The notes under the pieces were generated by a model. That model did not search any database, had not been told where the DNA came from, and was given only the letters and a program-made list of their open reading frames with translations. The position numbers and the translations under genes were made by a program. From positions 1 to 64,000 of the forward strand of contig NGBS01000307.1 in the NCBI GenBank assembly GCA_002245135.1: DNA of 64,000 nucleotides, written 5' to 3'. Source of the DNA: Proteromonas lacertae. Taxonomy: Eukaryota. This document shows, one piece after another, positions 24,129-37,647 of the stretch (the first letter of the stretch is position 1; each line of letters opens with the position of its first letter).

Positions 24129-24612
24129 TTAATTTAACTCACTATTTAATAATTGTTCATGTATCATTGCACACATATCATTATAATTGCTAATTCTTTG
24201 CTATTCAATATATACATATATACCAATATATACTTCAAGTTCTTTATCTTTTTCTTGTGAATTTAGAGGAAGAGATTCAGGAGCTTTGCAATGGAGTATA
24301 TTAGGAACTAAATAATCACATAGACGTACGATTTATACTATATTGAAGATCTGGGAATAATGAATTTGGTAAAATAACTTGATGTGAAAGAGTTTTCTCA
24401 ATATCTGGTTCATTTAACTAAATATGAGTAAATTGGATCTATACATATTCTTTTAACTCTGATATTGATTGCGAGAGTGAAGAAAATTGGTTAATATATG
24501 CACTCCAATCTGGATTCTCTTTTATAGTTTCTTTTTGTGTTGACTCGATGGTATTTGTTATTACAGACACTTTTCCAAGTATTGTTCCTATCTCTTTGCT
24601 ATTATTTATCAT
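24129..24612 (-). CDS. MED8: Mediator subunit 8-like protein (3 introns; +1 indel at ~24268)
   Basis: PDWSAYINQFSSLSQSI, HQVILP, IPNILHCKAPE and, after removing one base, QRISNYNDMCAMIHEQL. These parallel the MED8 blocks WPSVLDxFxxLSxQL, NQVIIP, VPDHLRTKPDPE and KQIQSLNKMCSNLLEKI. Confidence 0.65.
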
Positions 24613-24677
24613 AAGGTGTTCAAAAATATTCCGAAAACAATACCCCATTTTACTTTGGCATTTTCTCTCTATTTCTA

Positions 24678-27600
24678 ATGCAAAGTATTTATGAGGCATT
24701 GCAACCGCTAGATGATGATGAAAAGTGTTTGTTAAAGTCTTGTATTGAATCTCCAACATCTAGTGAATCAATTCTTGATCAATACATTCAAAACTTCGTC
24801 AATGAATCTAAAATAATATGTTCAACCAAAATATTTATCGTTTTGTTAACAGTTAATAAGAAAATATTCCCGATTCTACACTCATTTTATAAATCACACA
24901 AACCCTTATTAGAATTTATAGATCCAATTAATGAAAAAAATATAATAGAATGTTTACAACTATTATATTCAATGCTGCAGGTTGATAATGAAATGTTCAA
25001 GAATTACAATTGGTCATTGTTATTACCATATGTCAAAAGCGTAAATATTAGTATTCGTTGGTATGTTGCTCATATATTAACAACAGTTTTATCAGTGGAT
25101 GATCCAAATTCAATTTATTCAATTCTAGAATTAAAAAATCAACCTGATAATCAGTTTATTCCATCCTTTTCATTATTATTACAAGCAGAGAAATTAAAAT
25201 CATATTATGTAGAACTGGACAAACCAAAAATCAATGAAATGCAACAAATAACAGATAGAATTAATGATATTGATATTAAAGAATCAATAGTTAATATTTA
25301 CGGAGTAGTTTTACCATACAAAAGAAATGCATCGTTAACAACTGCATCACCATCATCAATTACATCAAAATTTGTCCATACAACAACATCAAAGTACAAT
25401 TTACAACAAATAACAGTAGGTCTTTCAATGAATAATCCATTACTAATAACAGGCTCAAATGGATGTGGAAAAACAGCAATAATACGAGAAGTAGCAAGAC
25501 TAACAGGTAATACAGATATGATTGAAATACATTTAGATGATCAAGTGGATAGTAAAGTATTATTGGGTACTTATGTTTGTACAGATGTTCCTGGTGAATT
25601 CAAATGGAAACCTGGTGCATTAACACAAGCTGTAATTGATGGTAAATGGGTACTTATTGAAGATATTGATAGAGCTCCATTCGATATTATTACTGCAATT
25701 GTTCCATTACTAGAAACAAGAAAATTGCCATTATCTAGTAGAGGTATTATATTAGATGCTCATCCAGGATTTCAATTGTTTGCTACAACTCAAACTCAAT
25801 CGCATAATTTAGTGTCAGGCAATTCTATTAACCAAATACTATCAAATCATTTTACTATTATCAACTTACATAATTTATGTTATAATGAATTGAATGAAAT
25901 TATTACTGAAATCTATCATATTGATCAATCAGCTGCTAGTAGAATTGTTAAGACATTTTCTTTATTATGTTCGATTGGTGTAGCATCAGGAATGGAATTA
26001 GATACAAATACACTTAATTCAGAATTTAGTACAATAACTGAACAAGAAAAGAATCGTTGGAAAGATGCATATAAAAGATGTGGTAGATATTTATCATTAA
26101 GAGATTTATTAAAATGGTGTAATAGAGTTAGTAAATTGTTAATATCAAATACACATAATTATATTGTTGATGGTGTTAGACAAACGATTGTTTTAGAAGC
26201 TGTTCATGTGTTTTGTTCATGTTTACCTAATATTGATACAAGAATAAGTATTGGTGAGTTTTTATGTAAAGAAGATAGTTGGAATATTGATTCAAATATT
26301 ATTAAGAGAAAGCTAAAAGATGAAAAGCCTGGTTTGACTATAACATCAAAAATCATTAGAATTGGAGAAACTCAACTTGAATCAAGTGGAATACAAATAG
26401 AATGTAGAAGATTTACTCAAACTAAACAAGCTTTAAGGTTATTGGAAAGATTGGCAGTGTGTGTTCATCATAATGAACCAATGTTACTTGTTGGTGAAAC
26501 TGGTTGTGGTAAGACAAGTGTATATATATATATTCATTGTTTATATCATATTTCAATAGATTGTACAATATTTAGCATCTCTGCTGGGAAAATCATTAAT
26601 TGTCCAGAATTTGAATATGCAAAGTGAATCAGGTGATTTAATTGGTGGATATAAACCAATAGAACTTAGGCAATTAGCATTGCCATTATATGAATCATTT
26701 ATTAAATTGTTTGAGTCATTATTTGAAGTTGAAGTATAATAGCTATTATATATTTATTTAATAGAGTAATAGAACATTTCTTACTATTGTTAGAGAAGCA
26801 TTTGACAATAGAAATTGGAATAAATTCATTAAAGCATTAAACAAATTTGTAGGAAAATGTAATGATAGACAGATTACAGATGAGAATCAGATATATCTAT
26901 TCCAACAGATCCAAAATGAATTCAATAGATTTTCACTTCAAAAGTCACAAGTTGAAAACAATTTCGCATTTGCATTTATTGAAGGACCATTATTAAAAGC
27001 AATTAAAACAGGACAGTGGATATTATTAGATGAAATTAACTTAGCTCCAATGGAAGTATTACAAAGAATTGCTGGTTTATTTGAAGGTATATCTGGCTCA
27101 ATATGTATTACTGAAAGAGGTGATACTGAACCATTACAAGTACATCCTGACTTTAGAATTATCGCAGCAATGAATCCACCTACTGATGTTGGAAAGAAGG
27201 ATTTACCTCCAGGATTGAGAAATAGATTCACTGAGATATTCTTTGATGAATTAGAAGATGAACAAGATTTACAAGTATATATATTTTACATCATTTTATT
27301 TTGTGTAATAGATGGTTGCTAAAGGTTATTTAGATGCTATGCCAAATCCACCAATTAAATCTATTGTAGATTTATATTTAGAGTTAAGAAATAAAGCAAA
27401 AACAGTGTTATTGGATGGTTCAAAACAAAGACCAAGATATAGTTTACGTAATTTATGTCGTGCATTGGAGTTTAGTTGTGATTGTCTTAGGTTTTATGGA
27501 CCTATTGGTGCTTTATATGAAGGTTTTTACACAGGTTTCTTAACACAATTAGATAATGATAGTTTAGTAATTGCAGAGAAGATATTAACAGAAAAATTCA

Positions 27601-30600
27601 AAAAATCTAAACTAATGTATGATAAAAGTAACGATAATATAGTAATTGTACAACAATGTCCTGTTGAAAAAGGTTCAGATATACCAACAGATTATGCTCA
27701 ACCAGATAAAGATAAAAAAACACAATTTGTAATAACTGAATCAGTAAAAAGACATCTTAATAGTTTAGCAAGATCAGTTTTAACAAGAAAATATCCAGTA
27801 TTGTTACAAGGACCTACTTCAAGTGGTAAAACAACATTAGTTACATATTTAGCAGCATTAACAGGCCATAAATGTATAAGAATTAACAATCATGAACATA
27901 CTGATTTGCAAGAATATACAGGAATGTATGTAACTGATGAAAATGGAAGATTGAAATTTCAGGAAGGTTTGTTAGCTCAAGCTGTAAGAAATGGTTGGTG
28001 GATTATTTTAGATGAATTGAATTTAGCTCCATCTGAGATTCTTGAAGCATTAAATCGTTTATTGGATGATAATCGTGAATTAGTTATTCCAGAAACACAA
28101 GAAATCATAAAACCTCATAGACATTTTATGTTATTTGCTACTCAAAATCCACCAGGAATATATGGTGGAAGAAAAGTACTTTCAAGAGCATTTAGAAATA
28201 GATTTATTGAATTACATATTGATGATATTCCTGATGATGAGATTAAAGAAATATTAATGAAAAGAACATTAATGCTTGAATCATTCACAGACTGTTTGAT
28301 TAATATCATGAAAGAATTACAGTTGCTTAGATCAAAATCTAATTTATTTGCTGGAAAACATGGTTTTATTACTACTCGTGATTTGTTAAGATGGGCAAAT
28401 AGAAAACCAGGTAATTATCAAGAACTAGCTGATTATGGATATATGCTTCTAGCTGAAAGGTTAAGAAAACCTGAAGAAATAAATGAATTAAAGCAAATCA
28501 TTGAAAAGTGTTGTAAAAATAATACAAAAAGTCACATTATCATCATTATATGGATATGATAATCCAAATCATTGGTCAAATGAATATCTCGACAATATTA
28601 CATCATTATTACAACAGAATAGTGATTTACAATTATCATCTACAGCTGGTTTATCATCAGTAGCAGTAACAAAGACATTGAAGAGATTGTTTATTTTAGT
28701 TTATAAGTGTTTAGAGAATCAAGAACCAGTGTTATTAGTAGGTGATACAGGTTGTGGTAAAACTACCATTTGTCAATTATTAGCTTTAATTTTTAAACAG
28801 AATCTTACAATTTTGAATTGTCACATTCATACTGAAACAGCAGATATTGTTGGAGGAATAAGACCAATTAGAAATAGATCATTATTATTGAATGAAATAA
28901 AAGAATCATTAGTTCAATTATTACAGAAACTACCACCAGAAAATACAATATATCCAAATAATGCTATTACAAATTCTGATTTATTATTGGAATGGATTGA
29001 AACAACCACATTCAATTCATTACATAAATACATCCAAACTCTAAAATCGGTTATTTCAAATGAATATTTAGATGAATATAACAGCATATTATCAAAGTGT
29101 CACTTATTGAATTCTATCTTCGTTTGGCAAGATGGTCCATTAGTAGAATGCATGAGAAATGGAGATATGTTCTTATTGGATGAAATATCTTTAGCTGAAG
29201 ATGCTGTTTTAGAAAGATTGAATAGTGTATTAGAACCAGGAAGAACATTGATGTTAGCTGAGAAAGGATCTAATAATATTGAAGAAATAATAGCTAATGA
29301 GAAGTTTAGAATATTAGCAACAATGAATCCTGGTGGTGATTATGGTAAAAGAGAATTAAGTCCAGCATTAAGAAACAGATTTACTGAAATATGGGTTCCT
29401 AGTATTGGTGATAATGATGATTTATATATTATATTATCTGATAGAATTAAAACACCATTAAAGACAAATAAAGATGTTGATCAATCATCTCTTCTAGATT
29501 TAGATTATCTGATCAAACCAATGTTAGGTTTTATTGGTAATTATACAAAAGCATTTACTACTCATGGTCAAAGTGATGTGTTAATCAGTTTAAGAGATAT
29601 ATTATCATGGATTGATTTTATTAAATACACTGTAGTTCATCAAATATTATCTCCATGGTTAGGTTATCTGCATGGTTGTTATATGATTATTATTGAGAGT
29701 ATTGGTATAGGTTATGGTTTATCAACTACTGAAGCAAATAGAAGAAAAGATATAGCATCTAACATATTGAACAATACAATAGAAGAATCAATAAAAGAAC
29801 AAGTTATTACTGAATTTACTCAATTAAGATCAAATGTCAGTTTATTAAATAATGAAAAACAATTTGGTATTATACCATTCATTATTGAAAAGGGATCAAA
29901 TGAATCAAAAATACCATCCTATGCATTTGAATCACCAACAACCTATAATAATCTGTTAAGAGTACTAAGATCGATGCAATTAAATAAACCAATTCTATTA
30001 GAAGGTAGTCCTGGTGTAGGAAAGACAAGTTTAATCACTGCTCTTGGATCTTGTGCTGGTCATAATGTGATAAGAATATGTTTGTCTGAACAAACAGATT
30101 TGAGTGATTTATTTGGATCTGATTTACCAATGCCTATTTCAAATGACCCAAAAGATGGAGATGAGAATAATGATATTCAATTTCAATGGAATGACGGTAT
30201 TTTTATTAAAGCAATGAAGAATGGAGATTGGATATTATTAGATGAATTGAACTTAGCTCCTCAACAAGTATTTGTTTTTTAGATTTTATTGTTATTAGGT
30301 TTTGGAAGGATTAAATTCATGTTTAGATCATAGAGGTGAAGTGTATATACCAGAATTAAACCAAACTATTAGATGTGCTCCTTCATTTAGAGTTTTTGCA
30401 TGTCAAGTATTTATTTATATTATTGTCTATTGTTTTAGAATCCAATACAAGAAGGAGGAGGTAGAAAAGGTTTGCCAAAATCATTCTTGAACAGATTTGT
30501 GAAAGTGTATTTAGATGTTTTATCTGATAATGATTTAATCTTCATTACTACTGCTTTATATCCGCAATTATTAACTCAACAGAATGATAATATTATTGAA

Positions 30601-33600
30601 AAGATGATAAAATTCAATTCTGAATTGGTTCAAGATATAATTGTATATATTATTCTATTCTATAATATAATCTATTCTTATTTCTAATAATCTTTAATGA
30701 TGTATGAATGGTTTTGAATCTTAATTATTCATTTTAAAGATAATATGAATTAGTTGTAAAACAAAACCTACATTATTTTTGAAGATTTTAGACTGTTTGT
30801 ATCAAATCTTATACAAATGGTAAAGGAGCTTCATATATTCTAAAAATATATATTCTTATTAGTATATATTCTATCTTTAATAGGTTGATAAACAATATGG
30901 AATACAAGGTGGACCTTGGGAATTCAATTTAAGAGATATATTCAGATGGTGTGATTTAATGATTGAATCGCAATGTCAAGGATTTTATGATCCAAGCGAA
31001 TATCTTCATCTCATTTATCTCACAAAATTCAGAATAATTGAAGATAGATTATGTGTATTAAAAAAATACAATGAAATATTTGGTACAAATCTATCATATG
31101 ACAATTTTCCTCAATTCTTATTAACTGATAATTACCTTCAAATAGGACATTCAATTATAGAAAGACAATCATCTTCGTCATTAATTTCATCACAGATTAA
31201 AACCAAACTTCCATTATATCACAATCTTTTACCAATTATGCAACATATTATTGACTGTATTAACAATCACTGGTGTTGTCATTTAGTTGGTCAATCAAGT
31301 ACAGGTAAAACAACAGTTTTATATATTCTATCATTGTTAGTAGGAAGAAAGATAAAAGAGTTTACACTAAGTTCAAATAGTGATAGTAGTGAACTACTTG
31401 GATGTTATGAACAAGCTGATATAGGTAGATATATTAGAAATTTACTGATTAGCATTAAAGAATTCATTTATAAAATTCTTATTAATTGGATATTTATGTC
31501 TAACAGTCATTACTCAGTTGATACTATCGATAAAGGGGATGATGATGAACAGAAGAAAAAGAAAAGAAAATGTGTTAATAATAATAACAATAAGGATATA
31601 ATCACAGTGTCAAGTTCATTAACTGATTTATATGATTATCACTCTCAAATAGAAGCATTATTATCCAATCATTCATTAGAGTTTGAATCAATTAATAAAA
31701 ATCCAAATGTAGCTTCAAATCAACAGAATCAAATACTCAATCTTATCTCATCAATAACATTATTACTAAACACTAATCAACAGCATATACCATCTGATTT
31801 GAAAGATCATTATAATTATGAATTACTACCAAATATCAACTCAACAGTAGAACTAATTAAGAAAGGTATAAAAGGAAGATTCATTTGGATTGATGGTAGT
31901 TTATTAGAAGCAATTGAAAAAGGTTATTGGGTTATATTTGATAATGTTAATTTCTGTAATCCAGCTATTTTAGATAGATTAAATCCATTATTAGAAAAAG
32001 ATGGTTATTTATTAGTGAATGAATGTGGTTGTATTAATGGAATTCCAAGAATTGTATATCCTCATGAAAATTTCAGATTGTTTTTAGTTACAAATCCAAT
32101 GCAAGGTGAATTATCAAGAGCAATGAGAAATCGATGTATAGAGATATATTTACTACCATTAACTAAAGAATTACCATTATTTGATACTGTTAAATTACTC
32201 TATTCTACAGGAATATCTAATTTTGATATTTCTCAATCAATGATTCAAATTCATAAGTATATTCAAGAGAATATCAATAAGAATATCAATTTAAGGTATT
32301 TGAAGAGATGGGGTGAATATTTTAAAGAATATATATCAAAAGGATCAGATTATTATTATTCATTAGTTGTTTCATTAAAAGAAGTATATAATATCTCTAA
32401 TGAGATTATTGAAACAATGAATATACCTAATATACTAAAATCAGTGTTAAATCCATCTGAAAATCCTTTCTTATTACCATCATTTTGGCCTGATTCAGTA
32501 TTTGTCCAAGATGTGATTAGTGATTACAAGAAATCAATAATCAAAATACAAGGAAGTATATTTCAATATTTCTTATTACATGAATCACAACCACCAAATG
32601 GTAATTACATATTCTCATCACTCTTATTACCATATTCAAAATACTTCAATTATGCAAATGAAGAAGGAGAAGAAGAAAATGATATATTAAACTTCAATAA
32701 ATTAGTTCCAATTACACCATGTATTGAATCTGGTGATTTATACTCTGAATATCCTACTTGGAGTGGTTTCAATAGAAATAAAGAAGAATGGAATAATGAT
32801 TTCTTACCAAGATTACTAATCCAATTCATACAAATGTCATCATTCTCTGATTTTGAAGAAAGAAAACAGTTTATTGATGAAATGATTCCTGATTATGAAG
32901 AAATAAAGCAACTTAGAGATTATTATAAGAAGTGTTTATTATGGTGTTTGGATTCAGTTAAAGAATCATCCAATTTATAACATCTTAACACAAACCAACT
33001 TTCAATTTATTGAATTATTAAAATCAACAGAAAATATTCAATTGATTATAAACATTCTTCAAAATGGTCCAATTCTATTAATCATGAATCATGACCTATA
33101 CAAATATATGGAAAAAGAAACAAATAGATTGATTTATCAAACTGAATGTAATGAACAAGCAAAATCACAACTATTAGAATTGTGGAAAAAAATGAATTAC
33201 TGTTATAGAATCCTCTTTGTTTATATCTTCTCATTACCGCAATTGTATTATGAATATTCTCAAATTGAACTGATTAAATCATCCAATGAGATAACTCAAT
33301 TGAAATCGCTCAGTTTGATTCAGTTATCATATTTGTTCCATAATAATATGATAGAACAATCTGTATTACCTTCACCATTATGTACACAATTGTATGACAT
33401 ATTTGAATATATTGATTCATTACTGTTCAATGAGAATGTATTACAGAATGGTAATGCATATCTTAAGATCTATGAATACAGATTTTTATTGTGGAATTTC
33501 ATTCACAGTAGTACAATTAATGGAAAGAATATAGATCAAAGTGTATTTATATTCTATTGGAAAGAATTCTCACATCATATTCATAAATATCAATCGTTAT

Positions 33601-36600
33601 TAACAGATGAAATTTATCAAAACTTTGAGTATATTATATATATATATCTTTAATTATTTTTATAAATAGAATTATATCATCAAATATCTCAACAATTATG
33701 AATATTAGATGTTCATTATTTGATTATAATGATTTATGGACTTTAGATGGTCATCCAATATTGCCAAAGACAAAAGGATATATGAAGGGACTTAGTAAAA
33801 TACAACACTATTGTAATCCATATTCAAATACTACAAGATCGAGTTTATTGATGTTATTTGATTTGCTATTTGATAAACCATTATTATACATTATGAATGA
33901 TAAAACAAAGAAAGATTTAGTAGAAAGTTATTCAACAATTTATATTGAAAATGTAAAGTTTGATTTGATAGAGAATAACAAATACAAAGAATCTGATCAA
34001 TTCTTTTATAAAACACTTCCAGAAAATATGATAGAAGCTATAAAGAAATCAATTGAAACAATGAAAAGTAATTATTTATCTCTCACTGATACAACTCAAG
34101 AAACATTATCAGATGAACAAAGAAATCAATTGATTTATCCAAAAGCTGAGTGTATATATCGATGGTGCGATATTCAATTATGGGGTTTATATGATATAGT
34201 TGCAATAAGAGAAGAATATGAAATTATGAATTCTATAATTGAACAGATTAATAAAAATCAAATACCAAAATCAGTTATATTATCTCGTTTTATTACTTTA
34301 TTATATCAAACCAGTAGAAATCCACAAATAATAATTCCTTATCAAATATTATATTACATTTCAGAAGCATTAGAATCAAACAGCAATATTAATAATGATA
34401 ATTCATCCAGTATTGAGTTGATTATAAAGAATACAATATTTAGCATTTATAATGACTTAGTATATTCATGGTTACAATCACAGTGGAATGGTTATATCAA
34501 TATTCATACAATCGATAATACAATAACACCAGAATTGTCTAACTTAATTCAAGGTGAAAAGTCATATGTAAAACAATTTAACATTCAGAAAAGAGTTGTT
34601 AATGAAATGATTCAAAGTCCAAGTTACTTATTCCATCCAATGATTACTACACAATATCTTAATATCATTAAGAGTTTATTATACAATTCAAAACCATTAC
34701 AACTTATGGATTTACCATTTAAAGTGAAACAATTAGATACTATTAGAAGTTTACTAACAAGAAATATATTAAGAAATGATGATATTTCAATGAAGGATAT
34801 AAACATACTCAATTCGCTTGTTTGTAAGACATTTATGAGTTTAAAATCATTAATTCCAATACAATCACAGAGTATCTATCAAGAAAAGCTAAGTGAAATT
34901 GAATATAAACAGAATGAAACAGTTGATATAGGTATGGTTGTAGAATGTATAAAACAAGCAGAATGTCAAAGATTTAGAGATTTAGTTCCATCATATATTC
35001 AGCCATTATCTTATTTATATTCAACTGATTTTAATCAATGTAATTATCCAAATAAAACCGTAATTATCAATTCATTGAAGTGGGTTTATTTAGGCTGTAT
35101 AAGATGTTTGTTGTTAATTCCTTCATTACCAGTTGATCCACTTCTTATTCCCGAATTAAAACTCAATTCAATAAAAGTGATTTTAGAAAGATATTGCAAT
35201 GAGATTGAATATAAAAAATGGTTTAATTTCATATTATATGGAGGAAGTGATGAAAGAAATATGTCAGTATATGAATCAATAGAAATAAGAATAAAAAAAT
35301 TACAAGAAAAATCGAAAATATTAAAGTCAAAGACTTCAATTAGACCAAAATCTACTTCAGATCTTCAATTCTCTGATTTATACAATGAATTACATCAATT
35401 CTTCACTACTATTGCTTTACCAACAAACATAATAGAAATAGCCAATTCATTTATACCTTCTGAAATATCTGAAGTATTGAAAATGAAGAATCCAAACTCA
35501 TCGATTGATCCATTACAAAGAGAACAAACATTACAACCAAGTATTGATAGTTTTATTATTCATTTATCAACAAATTATTCCAACTATTATGATATATTAA
35601 ATCCAATATTTGCTTCTTTAGAATATATTAAACATGGATTGAATTTATTATCTCATGAATATCAATTTAGGTTAGAACAATTTTCATCATACAATGGAGA
35701 AAATAATCAATTTTATAAAGTTATAAAATCCTCATTGGAATTTCCATTAATTAGTAATGAAAAATCAATAGAAATGGTTGAACCACATGCTGAAATCATA
35801 TCAAACACAGCATATTCACAAATCAACTTCTTGAAAATACCATTATTGAAGTTAGTATTGTATAGAATAGTAACATCTCCTGATTATATCAATGATGATG
35901 TTTATTCATTCCACAAATTATCACTTTTATTTGTTTCAGAGTTTAGAAAGAAGAGAGATGAAATAGAAAAGAAAAAGCAAGAAGCAGCAGCATTTGTAAA
36001 AGTCAAAGTTCACACTCAAGTAACAACAGATGAAGAAAATGACGAAGAGTTTAAGAAACTATTCCCTGATTATCAACAGCAAATGGAAAGTTTACTTTTA
36101 GATAATAATAATGACAATAGTAGTAAAGATGAAACTCAACAGAAGAAAGACAGTAGTAATGCTGATGATGAATTGAAACATAAGATTGATGTAAATAATC
36201 AAGATATTCTATGGTTATACACATTACATTCATTATTATTCAGTTCAAATATTCAATACAAAACAGTTTTCCCAACTGTTATATATGAATTATATAGTAA
36301 TATAATATCATACATTGAAGAGGTATCTCTATTGAAAAACACTAATTTGGAGAATGAAAGTCAAACATTGAATCTTTACTTCTTATCAGTTTTGAAAGAT
36401 TATTGTCAAGGTTCATTTACTCCAAGTTTATCTATCAAAACACAATACATTTATGACTTTAGAAATGATCCAAATGTTCCATCTTTAATCAAGATATATG
36501 AGCCAGTAAAAGCATTTCAGAATAGAATATTTGATTTGTTGAAACTTTATCCTGATAATTCTGATCTACAAATATTGATTAGAATATCTAATGGAATATT

Positions 36601-37613
36601 GAAATTACCACTTTCTTCTCCAATTGAACAAGTTTTGATTGGATTACAATTGTTGTTTAGTAAATCAGATGCATGGTTACATGTGAGAAAAGACGATTCA
36701 ATAGCTGAAGAATTGAAAGGAATTACAAATTTATTGATTCAATGGAGAAAAGATGAATTGAATAATTGGCAGAATATGTTTGCTTTTGAAGAACAGAACA
36801 TTGATAAAGAAACATGTTTATACTTCCCATCTCTTTACACAATTATATTTTCAGAAAATACAATAGATAAAGATAATGATAAAGATAAACCAAAGAAGAG
36901 TAAAGAATTTAAGTATATGTATTTGAACAAAGATACTGAATGGATTGTTAAAAAGCCAAAGAATATAGAAAATGAACCGATTATCAATAATGCTTACTTA
37001 AAAGAAGTATATGATACACTAGAAACATTCTTAAGCAGAGCAACAATTGGACAATTTGTATCTCGTTTAGATTTACTGTCACAATTCCTTACAGAAATAT
37101 CGGTAATGAATAGAATAGATCCAAATGTAAAACTCACTACAATTTATAACCTGTTGAATAATGTATATCAGTTTTATTCACAATTCATTGATTTTATTGC
37201 TCAAGAAAAGAAGAATCTAAGAGATCCAATAGTAAGTGAATTAAAGAAGAAAATAAAGATAAGTCAGTGGGATGATAAGACATTATATGCATTATTAGAA
37301 TCATCTAAAGAAAGTCATAAAGTTATATTCAAATATGTATTGAAGTATAGAAAAGAAGTATTAGGTTTGCCAATAAAGGATGTTATATTCAAATCATTCG
37401 ATATTTCTTATCAGGTTGGTACTGAAAATACTAATAATGATAATGTTCAATTCTTCTTGAAAGAACCGAGTTCATTTTGTGATGTTAATACATTATCAAC
37501 TCCTTCATTTGTTGATATAAAAGCAGGAAATAAATCAATAAGAATAAAGAATATATTCAATAGAATGAATGAAAAGTGTATTAAACCAATAATAATACCA
37601 ATAAAAGATACAA

Positions 37614-37647
<34 letters not shown>

